DNA from: an uncultured Eubacteriales bacterium
Lineage (GTDB): Bacteria > Bacillota > Sulfobacillia > Fermentithermobacillales > Fermentithermobacillaceae
Direction: 5' to 3'
Assembly: GCA_964602455.1 (NCBI GenBank)
Contig: CAZRRG010000006.1
Location: 1 to 41,515, forward strand
Length of the DNA stretch: 41,515 bases
Both the position numbers and the translations under genes were made by a program. The notes under the pieces are model-generated. The model had not been told where the DNA came from. It made no database searches and saw only the letters and a program-made list of their open reading frames with translations. Shown here piece by piece: positions 1 to 7,817 of the stretch (its first letter is position 1; each line of letters starts with the position of its first letter).

Positions 1-263
1 CTTTCTGCTCGTGCTCGCACTATAGCATGCCCAAATAGGCGAGTCAACAGACCTTTACCGCCACATGCTGTGGATAATGTGAGTAACTCTGTTGATAAGC
101 AGTTAAGACCGATTTTGCGCCTGGGGATATGGTTGTGGATTGTCAGGAGATGTCGAAACATGATGCGGACTTGTCGGGTATTCTGTCTCACCAGGCCCTG
201 GAAGGATTCACCCCTCAAGGAGGGAATACTATAGCTTCAAAGAGTCCGAACGGAGGTATCTGC

Positions 264-773
264 ATGGAGATAATCGTCAGAGGAAAGAACATCGACGTAA
301 ACCCGGCTCTGAAGCAGTACGCCGAGAAGAGACTGGGCAAGATCGATAGGTATCTCCGGCAATCCCCCCTCGTCTGTCAGGTGACCTTGTCTATTGAGCG
401 AGAGGAGCACGTTGTTGAGGTTACGATTCCGCTCAACGGGGTACTGCTCCGTGCCGAGGAGAGGAATCGCGAAGCGTTCTCCGCTGTAGATAACGTCGTT
501 GAGAAACTTGAAAAGCAGATTGAGAAATACCGCACCAAGCTTCTGAGGCGGGACAAAGGCGAACTGCCGCCTGAGTCGCGGGTAGGCGAAGAGGGCCCCG
601 CTATCGTCAGGGTGAAGCGCTTCGCGATCAAGCCCATGAGCCCTGAGGAAGCTGCCACACAGATGGAACTCCTAGGACATGACTTCTTCGTGTTCGCTAA
701 TGGCGACACCGGGGCCGTGAACGTGGTCTACAGGAGGAAAGACGGAAACTACGGCCTGATTGAGCCGGAGTAA
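264..773 (+). CDS. hpf: Ribosome hibernation promoting factor, long form
   Basis: ATG at 264 is preceded by GGAGG (253-257). The product starts MEIIVRGKNIDVNPALKQYAEKRL (RaiA/sigma-54-modulation-like N domain) and has a C-terminal dimerisation domain (KRFAIKPMSPEEA..GHDFFVF..VVYRRKDGNYGLIEP). The ORF-track start at 129 is an upstream extension without an RBS. Confidence 0.93.
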   Translation: MEIIVRGKNIDVNPALKQYAEKRLGKIDRYLRQSPLVCQVTLSIEREEHVVEVTIPLNGVLLRAEERNREAFSAVDNVVEKLEKQIEKYRTKLLRRDKGELPPESRVGEEGPAIVRVKRFAIKPMSPEEAATQMELLGHDFFVFANGDTGAVNVVYRRKDGNYGLIEPE

Positions 774-774
774 G

Positions 775-863
775 GCCGAAGCAGAGCGATAGCGGCGCTT
801 CGGCCGCGTCGCAAGCAAAGCGTGCACGTTCCAGCGAGCGTAAGCGAGCGTGGCACGCTTTGC
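775..863 (+). repeat. REP-like structured intergenic element, full copy A (two stem-loops)
   Basis: Starts 2 nt after the hpf stop codon. Stem-loop 1 is GCGATAGCGGC-GCTTCG-GCCGCGTCGC. Stem-loop 2 pairs GCAAAGCGTGC (815-825) with GCACGCTTTGC (853-863). It is homologous to 907-953, to 32268-32358 (reverse orientation), and partly to 16353-16376. Confidence 0.8.
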
Positions 864-906
864 GAGAGACAATCGACTACCGATTGTTCAGCGGACAGTG
901 TTTCAT

Positions 907-953
907 GCCGAAGCAGAGCGATAGCGGCGCTTCGGCCGCGTCGCAAGCAAAGC
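907..953 (+). repeat. REP-like element, partial copy B (stem-loop 1 only)
   Basis: Perfect 47-nt direct repeat of 775-821 (GCCGAAGCAGAGCGATAGCGGCGCTTCGGCCGCGTCGCAAGCAAAGC), separated from it by 85 nt. Confidence 0.9.
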
Positions 954-977
954 AGGACCCACATCGGGGGTAAATCC

Positions 978-2144
978 ATGTTCCAGCCCAAAGTCACGGC
1001 TGTCATCTTCGAGGGTGGACAAGCCAAGACCGAGCTTGACCAGGTGATAGCCAGCGTGAGGAAGCAGGTCGTCCTTGATACGGTCGAAAAGCTTGCGGCC
1101 GTGAAGGAGATTGACCAGGTAATCCTGGTCACCAACTATCCCGAACTTGCAAGAGAGGCCGCTCCTCTCGGCGTAACCGTGGACCTTGAGACGGTTCCCG
1201 GCCGCTTTCACTTTGGGCGCAGGCTCCGCGAGGTCATAGTCAGCCACGATATTGAAAACGTGATCTACATGGGAGGGGCCGCGGCGCCGCTGCTCACTTC
1301 GAGGGAGTTCGGCGATATCGCCCAGAGTCTAAAGCGCGAACGCAACCTTGTTATCATGAACAACGTACAGTCGGCGGACCTGGTGGCGTTTTCGCCGGCG
1401 CGTGCGATAGATGAGGTTGAGCCGCCCGACAAGGACAATCCTCTGGGCAACCTCCTCCGTGAGATCGGCCTTCGCCGGGTCCTTATCCCAAACTCGGGTC
1501 GGGTGAACTTCGACCTAGATACCCCCACCGACATCCTGATCCTTGGGATGCACCCCGGGTGCGGCCGCCGGGCTAAGAAGGCTATCGACGACCTGAAGTG
1601 GTCAAGAGACGGTATCGACAGCGCTTTCCAAGTCCTGAGGGACCAGTCGCGGGAAGTCGCGGTAATTGGCCGGGTTGGCCCTGCTGTGATCCAGTACATA
1701 AACGCCAATATGGTGCACAGGATGCGGGTTTTTTCCGAAGAAAGAGGTATGAAGGCATTGGGCCGGGAGGACAGGGGCGAGGTCAAGTCCCTCCTGGGAT
1801 TCATGGTGCAAGAGCTTGGCCCCAAGGCCTTTTTCTCGTACCTGGCTAAAACCGCCGATGTTGCGTTCATAGACACAAGGGTCATCTTCGGGCACCTAAG
1901 GAAGCAGCTATCGGACTGGGATAGGTTCCAGTCCGACCTCGGCCGCTACGAACTGGTACAGGACGATTGGACCAGGGAGTTCACAAGGTGCGCCCAGGAA
2001 GCCGGCATACCGGTGGTGCTGGGCGGGCATAGCCTGGTTGCCGCAGGTCTCTGGCTGCTCGCGGAGATGATCGTTAAAGAGCGCGAAGATGGGGGTTACC
2101 GGCATAACACGTACGTGCTGTCACGGGGCTACCGCCCGATGTAA
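978..2144 (+). CDS. Uncharacterised protein with an N-terminal MobA/CofC-like nucleotidyltransferase-type domain and an unknown C-terminal domain
   Basis: ATG at 978 follows GGGGGT (966-971); the ORF-track start at 822 runs through the repeat element. The N-terminal pattern (KVTAVIFEGG ... VIYMGGAAAPLL ... VNFDLDTPTDILIL) resembles the D-x-D-T-P-x-D-L end of CofC/MobA-like folds. The C-terminal ~170 aa were not recognised. Confidence 0.6.
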   Translation: MFQPKVTAVIFEGGQAKTELDQVIASVRKQVVLDTVEKLAAVKEIDQVILVTNYPELAREAAPLGVTVDLETVPGRFHFGRRLREVIVSHDIENVIYMGGAAAPLLTSREFGDIAQSLKRERNLVIMNNVQSADLVAFSPARAIDEVEPPDKDNPLGNLLREIGLRRVLIPNSGRVNFDLDTPTDILILGMHPGCGRRAKKAIDDLKWSRDGIDSAFQVLRDQSREVAVIGRVGPAVIQYINANMVHRMRVFSEERGMKALGREDRGEVKSLLGFMVQELGPKAFFSYLAKTADVAFIDTRVIFGHLRKQLSDWDRFQSDLGRYELVQDDWTREFTRCAQEAGIPVVLGGHSLVAAGLWLLAEMIVKEREDGGYRHNTYVLSRGYRPM

Positions 2145-2160
2145 GGGAAGGTGACTGAGC

Positions 2161-2811
2161 GTGGCAACAGAGAGAGCCAGTATTCCGACACGAGAGTACG
2201 AAGAGACCCTCAAGCGGATCAAGGACGTCATCTCGGCCCGCATCGTATTGGACGAGGCCGGCGGTATTCTTGAGGTTCACATCCTTGCGGGGCCGGGGAG
2301 AGCCGTCAAGCACATTGCTCGTGACGTAGAATCCACCATAATCGCCGCTTTTGGATTTGCTCTGGACCGCAGGAAGATCTCCATAGCACAGCTCGGAGGC
2401 AGTGACGCGATCCGCCCCGAGAAGCGGCTGCAGCTGGAACGAGTGCAGATAATCTCTGAACCCGACGGGGCCCAGGTTGACGTGTCGCTCAAGATGGGAA
2501 GCACAGCTGTTTCCGGTTCGGCGAGAGGAATGCCGACCGCAAAGAGCTGGCTTTACCTGGCGGCCAGCGCGACTCTAAACGCAGTGTCCCAATTCTTGAA
2601 CCCCGAGATCACGTTTAACGTTGAGGACGCCTGTGTCAGTTCCTCACGCCCGAACAGGGTGGCGCTTGTGTCGCTCATGGTGTTCAACGCGGGCAGGCAG
2701 CAACTGCTGACCGGCTCCTGCCCTGTGTCCCACGATGAACGCGAAGCAATAGTCAAAGCGACGCTTGATGCCCTTAACCGGAAGTTCGCGCAGCTGCTGA
2801 CTGGCGATTAG
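2161..2811 (+). CDS. Hypothetical protein (216 aa), probably co-transcribed with 978-2144
   Basis: GTG at 2161 lies 16 nt after the upstream stop and follows GGAAGGTGA (2146-2154). Long open frame with protein-like composition. No family recognised. Confidence 0.6.
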   Translation: MATERASIPTREYEETLKRIKDVISARIVLDEAGGILEVHILAGPGRAVKHIARDVESTIIAAFGFALDRRKISIAQLGGSDAIRPEKRLQLERVQIISEPDGAQVDVSLKMGSTAVSGSARGMPTAKSWLYLAASATLNAVSQFLNPEITFNVEDACVSSSRPNRVALVSLMVFNAGRQQLLTGSCPVSHDEREAIVKATLDALNRKFAQLLTGD

Positions 2812-3083
2812 ATGCCCGGCCTGCTAACACGCTGAAGGGTTTCCTTTGAAAACGAAGAATAGGGACTTCGGCCGGCAGTGAGGAGAAACAAGCGGAGCCA
2901 GCGTCTCCGAAGTAGCGGTTCGGAAGAGCGCCCCACAAACGTCTGGGGGTTCCATACGTGAACAGGCTTCTCAAAGTGCTCCTTGCCATTTGCACCTTGC
3001 TTCTAGCTGGAGCGGCTCACTGGCAGATCGGCGCGTAGTTGTTGTATCCAACTGCCGGCCATAGTTGAGAGAGGTGCCTGTTC

Positions 3084-4349
3084 TTGGACGGAAGGGCCAA
3101 GAATCTCAGGGAAGAGATCTATACCTGGCTGGTAATCGCAACCGGCATGTTCCTGCTATTCACCAACCGGCCCGTACTGGACGATCCCATGACCGTAGTC
3201 AAGATAGTCTTCATGGGCATCCTCATTGCGATTGGCGAAGCTTCCCCCGTTGTCCTGCCCAATAACCTGGGTACTGTCTCGGTGTCGCTCCCGATCTCGA
3301 TCGCGGTGGCCGTATTGTACGGACCTGAGGCCGGCATGTGGATGGCGTCTTTGGGCACACTTAGAAAGCAGGACCTGACAGGCAAGATCAAGATGAAGTA
3401 CGTGTTGTTCAACCGCGCGATGATCGCGATATCCATGTATTCGTTCTGCTATATCTATGACGCCCTAGGCGGGACCTACGCCACCATTGCGTTTTCCCAA
3501 GGGTTCATCCCGTTTGTGGTAGCAGCCTGCGTCTACACAGTCGTCAACGCCATACTGGCAACGGGATGGTGGTCCTTGCACTTCTCCCAGGGTTTCTGGG
3601 CCGTGTGGCGCAGCAACATCCGGTGGGGCCTTCCGAACATGATGGCTCTGGTGCCGGTCGGCATGGTTATGGTGCTTGCGGCACAGTCGCAAGAAGGGGG
3701 ACCGTGGCTCCTCATCCTGTTTTACCTGCCGATCATGGTCAGCAAGTACTCCCTTGACAAGTACATGGAGCTCCGGACCGCCTACAGGGAAATGGCCGCG
3801 GCCCTCAGTAACGCCATCGACGCCAGAGACTCGTACACCCGCGGTCATTCCGAGCGGGTTTCCGAGTACGCCGCCAGACTCGCAGCGGCGCTGAAACTTC
3901 CTGACGATCAGATCGACACGATCCGGTACGTCGGGCTCCTCCACGACGTGGGCAAAGTGGGAATCAGGGACGCGATCATGAAGAAGCAGGGCACCTTTAC
4001 CCTCGACGAGTACGAAGAGATGAAGAACCACGCAAACATCGGCGCCGATATGCTGGCAGGCCTCAAGTTCCTGGGGAAGGGCCAGGACTGGGTGAGGTAC
4101 CACCACGAGAGGTGGGACGGGCACGGCTTCCCCAAAGGGCTTGCGGGAGAGGAAATCCCCATCGAGGCGCGGATCCTCGCGTGTGCTGACTCCTTCGACG
4201 CAATGACCACCGACAGGCCTTACAAGGCGAAGATGGACCTTGAGGCGGCCAAGAGGGAGCTCTTGAGGTGCAGCGGCACACAGTTTGACCCCAAGGTCGT
4301 CGAGGCTATGGTCAAGGTAATAGACAAGATGAAAGAGGAAGGCTCCTAG
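3084..4349 (+). CDS. Polytopic membrane HD-GYP domain protein (putative c-di-GMP phosphodiesterase)
   Basis: The N-terminal ~230 aa contain multiple hydrophobic helices. The C-terminal part has HD-GYP signatures: RGHSERV, LLHDVGKVGI, HHERWDGHGFPKGL, CADSFDAMTTDRPY. TTG start at 3084 follows GAGAGAGG; the start is uncertain. Confidence 0.88.
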   Translation: MDGRAKNLREEIYTWLVIATGMFLLFTNRPVLDDPMTVVKIVFMGILIAIGEASPVVLPNNLGTVSVSLPISIAVAVLYGPEAGMWMASLGTLRKQDLTGKIKMKYVLFNRAMIAISMYSFCYIYDALGGTYATIAFSQGFIPFVVAACVYTVVNAILATGWWSLHFSQGFWAVWRSNIRWGLPNMMALVPVGMVMVLAAQSQEGGPWLLILFYLPIMVSKYSLDKYMELRTAYREMAAALSNAIDARDSYTRGHSERVSEYAARLAAALKLPDDQIDTIRYVGLLHDVGKVGIRDAIMKKQGTFTLDEYEEMKNHANIGADMLAGLKFLGKGQDWVRYHHERWDGHGFPKGLAGEEIPIEARILACADSFDAMTTDRPYKAKMDLEAAKRELLRCSGTQFDPKVVEAMVKVIDKMKEEGS

Positions 4350-4352
4350 CCC

Positions 4353-4931
4353 GTGCTTCTTACTTTTGCAGCAGGCGCGTTCATCTTGAGCTGGCTCCTC
4401 GGCGGTAAGCCCAAGCGTCTGGCCGACCTGGACTTCCAACGACTCCCCTGGATGCTAGCGTCCTTCCTGCTGAGAGACGGTGCGGAGGAGATCTTCGACA
4501 AAGCAGAGCCTGAGCTCTGGGCATCCATGCTGCTGGCGTTTGTCTGCTACGGACTTCTCTTCTACGGCCTCTACCCCAACCGCCGGATGCCGGGAATGCA
4601 TGCCGTTGCGCTGGGGTCCGCCCTGAACCTGGCTGTCATCCTGGCAAACCAGGCCCGGATGCCGGTCTCGGTTGCCCGGCTGACCGCTGAAGAGGCAGCG
4701 CGCGAGATCGCGCGCCTGTCGACCAGCATCAACCACCAACTGCTTGTCCCTTCGTCCCGATTGCAGTTTCTAGCAGACCTGTACAAGTGGACCTTCCTTC
4801 AGCCTCAGCCCGTCATGTTCAGCATCGGCGACGTGCTCATTACCGTCGGCGTGTCCTACCTCATCTTCACCGTCTGCCTGCGCGGTTTTCGGCCTTCCTC
4901 CATTGATGGTAGAATGGGCAACGTAGGCTAG
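4353..4931 (+). CDS. Small integral membrane protein (DUF5317-like, family assignment from memory)
   Basis: GTG at 4353 lies 3 nt after the HD-GYP stop codon. Several hydrophobic helices. C-terminal FSIGDVLITVGVSYLIF motif. Confidence 0.65.
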   Translation: MLLTFAAGAFILSWLLGGKPKRLADLDFQRLPWMLASFLLRDGAEEIFDKAEPELWASMLLAFVCYGLLFYGLYPNRRMPGMHAVALGSALNLAVILANQARMPVSVARLTAEEAAREIARLSTSINHQLLVPSSRLQFLADLYKWTFLQPQPVMFSIGDVLITVGVSYLIFTVCLRGFRPSSIDGRMGNVG

Positions 4932-4964
4932 AAAAACCCGAGCATAATCGGAGAGGGATGCCGT

Positions 4965-7799
4965 TTGGCCATCTTCAGAAAGCTGTTCAACTCCAACGAC
5001 AGAGAGATCTCCAAGTTGAGGCCACTGCAGGAAGCGGTGCTGTCTCTCAAGGCTGAGATGGAGAAGCTCTCCGATGCCGATCTCGCCGGCAAGACTCCCA
5101 TCCTCAGGGAGCGTATTGCCAACGGCGAGTCGCCGGACAAGGTCTTGCCGGAAGCCTTTGCGGTAATGAGAGAAGCGGCGCGCCGGATCATCGACCATGA
5201 GGCCTTTCCGGTGCAGGTGCTGGGCGGAATAGTCCTTCACCAGGGGCGCATAGCGGAGATGCAGACCGGCGAGGGCAAGACCCTGGTGTCGACCATGCCC
5301 GGGTATCTGAACGCCCTGGCGGGTCGCACGGTTCACATCATCACCGTGAACGATTACCTTGCCCGTCGCGACCGCGACTGGATGGGGCAGGTCTACCGTT
5401 TTCTCGGTATACCGGTGGGACTGGTGGTTCCCGGGATGGATGTGGCGGCCAAGCGGGCTTCTTACTCCTGTCCCGTTATCTACGGCACCAATACCGAGTT
5501 CGGTTTCGACTACCTTAGGGACCACATGGCGTGGAGCAGGCAGGAGCTTGTTCAGAGCGCCCTTGACTACGCGATTATCGATGAAGTGGACTCGATCCTG
5601 ATCGACGAGGCGCGAACGCCGCTCATCATATCCGGGGCCGGCGAGGGCGATACCAGCCCGTATCTTAGGTACCGGGACGTCGCCCGGATGCTCAAGAAGG
5701 ACGTCCACTACACTGTAGATGAGAAGTCCAAGACCGTAGCTCTTACGGAAGAGGGAGACCGCCGGGTAGAGGAGATCCTCGGGATAGACCCCGATGAAGA
5801 AGGCTCCCTGGATAACCTCGACGATCCTTACAAGAGCCCGGTCAACCGTCGTTCCCACATCAACCAAGCCCTGAAAGCCAAAGAGGTCTATACCAAGGAC
5901 GTCGATTATGTCGTCGACGGCGGCCAGGTCCTCATTGTCGACGAGTTCACGGGACGCATACTGCCGGGCCGGCGGTTCTCCGACGGCCTGCACGAGGCGC
6001 TTGAGGCCAAGGAAGGCGTCGAAGTCAAGAAGCCCAGCGACACGCTGGCCACGATTACGGTGCAGAACTTCTTCAGGATGTACAAGAAGCTGGCTGGAAT
6101 GACCGGCACCGCCATGACCGAGGAGCCAGAGTTCCAGGAGATCTACGGTCTAGACGTCGTGGCCATTCCGACCAACAAGCCGCTTATCAGGACCGCGTAT
6201 CCGGATTCCATCTGGAAGACCGAGAAAGCGAAGTACAAAGCCGCTGTGCAGGAGATCGTCGAGACTCACAAGGCAGGCCGTCCCGTGCTAGTGGGTACCC
6301 GGTCGGTCGAGAAGTCGGAAATGCTCTCCGCGATGCTTACGCGCATGGGGGTTCCCCACGAGGTCCTGAACGCCAAGCAACATGCCAGGGAAGCCGAGAT
6401 CGTGGCCCAGGCCGGGCGCAAGGGTGCGGTCACGATAGCCACCAACATGGCGGGACGCGGCACCGACATCCTCTTGGGCGGCAACCCGGCCTTTATGGCA
6501 CGAAAAGCTCTGCGCCAGGAGGGCTTCGACGAGGAGATCGTGGCCATTGCGTCTGAGAAGGTCTTGCCGGAAGACATGCGGGCAAGGATTGAGGCCGGTG
6601 ACCTGGACGAGCGACTCTCCACGATAGTGTCCGCCCGGCGGCGGTACAATGAGCTCTTTGAGAACTTCAAGCGTGAGACCGATCGCGAGCACGAGGAAGT
6701 GGTGAAGCTTGGAGGACTCCACATCGTCGGTACTGAGCGCCATGAAGCCCGCAGGATCGATAACCAGCTAAGAGGGCGATCGGGACGGCAGGGAGATCCC
6801 GGTTCATCCCGCTTCTACCTCTCGCTTGAGGATGAACTGATGAGGCTGTTTGGCGGCGAGACGATTTCGACCATGATGGACCGGCTCGGCCTGTCTGAGG
6901 ATGAGCCCATCGAGCATCCACTGGTGACCAAGTCGGTGGAGTCGGCTCAGAAGCGGGTTGAGTCTCACAACTTCAGCATCCGCAAGCACGTCGTCGAGTA
7001 CGACAACGTCCTCAACAAGCAGCGAGAGACCATTTACCGTGACCGCACGGAGGTCTTGTACGCCGAGGACCTAGAGCCGGTCGTGATGCGCATGAGGGAC
7101 AGCGTGATCGAGCGCCAGCTGGACCTTTCCTGGCCGGCCCACGCCAGGAAGGACGAAGCGGATCTGGAAGGGCTCTCGATCTGGCTAAGGAACCTGATCC
7201 CGGATATCGATCCCGCATCTATCCTGGCGGATGCCTCGAGCAGGGAAGACGTAGCGGCGCGGATATCGAGCAAGCTGGATGAGGTCTACCAGAAGCAGAA
7301 GCAGGTCGCCGGTGCGGATATGAACAACATCCTGAGGCTCATACTGCTTATTTGCATAAACCGGGAATGGGTTAACCACCTGCGGGCGATGGAGGACCTC
7401 CGCGAAGGCGTCGGATTGCAGGCCTACGGACAGCGAGACCCGCTGGTTGAGTACACAAAGCTTGGGTTTGAGATATTCGAGGGGCACATGCAGGCTATAG
7501 CTGAGAATGTAATCGGCCACATCTGTCGGCTTGACCTGCGTCCCCAGGGTTCAGACGCTCCACGGCGCGTACCGCGTCCTGCGTCGGAACGACCGCTGCG
7601 AGTGAGCGGCGGTTCCCAGGACACCCCCGCTTCACCGGGGAGCGCTCCTGCAAAGGGCGGCAAGGCAGTCGGCGCGACCGGCGCCAATGCTCAGGTTCAG
7701 AGAACGCCGGTCAAAGTGGGCAAGAAAGTAGGAAGGAACGATCCGTGCCCTTGCGGCAGCGGCAAGAAGTACAAGGACTGTTGCGGTAAACTGGCCTAG
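4965..7799 (+). CDS. secA: Preprotein translocase ATPase SecA
   Basis: TTG start follows GGAGAGGG. Walker A is MQTGEGKT and the DEAD-like box is IIDEVDSILIDEARTPLIISG. The C-terminal zinc-binding tail is CPCGSGKKYKDCCGK. Confidence 0.97.
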   Translation: MAIFRKLFNSNDREISKLRPLQEAVLSLKAEMEKLSDADLAGKTPILRERIANGESPDKVLPEAFAVMREAARRIIDHEAFPVQVLGGIVLHQGRIAEMQTGEGKTLVSTMPGYLNALAGRTVHIITVNDYLARRDRDWMGQVYRFLGIPVGLVVPGMDVAAKRASYSCPVIYGTNTEFGFDYLRDHMAWSRQELVQSALDYAIIDEVDSILIDEARTPLIISGAGEGDTSPYLRYRDVARMLKKDVHYTVDEKSKTVALTEEGDRRVEEILGIDPDEEGSLDNLDDPYKSPVNRRSHINQALKAKEVYTKDVDYVVDGGQVLIVDEFTGRILPGRRFSDGLHEALEAKEGVEVKKPSDTLATITVQNFFRMYKKLAGMTGTAMTEEPEFQEIYGLDVVAIPTNKPLIRTAYPDSIWKTEKAKYKAAVQEIVETHKAGRPVLVGTRSVEKSEMLSAMLTRMGVPHEVLNAKQHAREAEIVAQAGRKGAVTIATNMAGRGTDILLGGNPAFMARKALRQEGFDEEIVAIASEKVLPEDMRARIEAGDLDERLSTIVSARRRYNELFENFKRETDREHEEVVKLGGLHIVGTERHEARRIDNQLRGRSGRQGDPGSSRFYLSLEDELMRLFGGETISTMMDRLGLSEDEPIEHPLVTKSVESAQKRVESHNFSIRKHVVEYDNVLNKQRETIYRDRTEVLYAEDLEPVVMRMRDSVIERQLDLSWPAHARKDEADLEGLSIWLRNLIPDIDPASILADASSREDVAARISSKLDEVYQKQKQVAGADMNNILRLILLICINREWVNHLRAMEDLREGVGLQAYGQRDPLVEYTKLGFEIFEGHMQAIAENVIGHICRLDLRPQGSDAPRRVPRPASERPLRVSGGSQDTPASPGSAPAKGGKAVGATGANAQVQRTPVKVGKKVGRNDPCPCGSGKKYKDCCGKLA

Positions 7800-7817
7800 A
7801 GCCGGGGAGGAGATTGC

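Noticed and set aside
69-77. Perfect DnaA box (TGTGGATAA, the reverse complement of TTATCCACA) near the window start
   Set aside because: It is a single isolated box. No cluster, no AT-rich unwinding element and no dnaA/dnaN context is present, so it is compatible with chance or minor regulation.
102-129. SigB-like promoter upstream of hpf (GTTAAG ... GGGATA)
   Set aside because: Both elements are imperfect and the spacing (~16 nt) is longer than the B. subtilis SigB consensus. It is unknown whether this organism has SigB.
775-953. Possible mini-CRISPR (two identical 47-nt repeats with an 85-nt spacer)
   Set aside because: There are only two copies. The repeat is longer and the spacer much longer than in CRISPR arrays. 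No cas genes are present. The repeat is part of a dispersed hairpin element that is also found at 32268-32358.
822-977. N-terminal extension of the 440-aa ORF from the ORF track
   Set aside because: The extension is translated REP-like repeat sequence (RSRAIAALRPRRKQS appears because of the repeat) and has no RBS. The ATG at 978 has a GGGGGT RBS.
2812-3083. c-di-GMP riboswitch upstream of the HD-GYP gene
   Set aside because: It would fit thematically, but I could not find the conserved GEMM-I or GEMM-II sequence features. It is reported only as an unassigned structured leader.
3465-4439. 324-aa minus-strand ORF opposite the HD-GYP gene
   Set aside because: Same reasoning: it is antisense to a motif-rich CDS, has no recognisable motifs and shows a skewed composition.
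4770-5993. 407-aa ORF on the minus strand, opposite secA
   Set aside because: It is fully antisense to a very well-supported secA frame. It has no RBS and a biased, Arg/Gly/Val/Leu-rich, low-information composition typical of antisense frames in GC-rich DNA.
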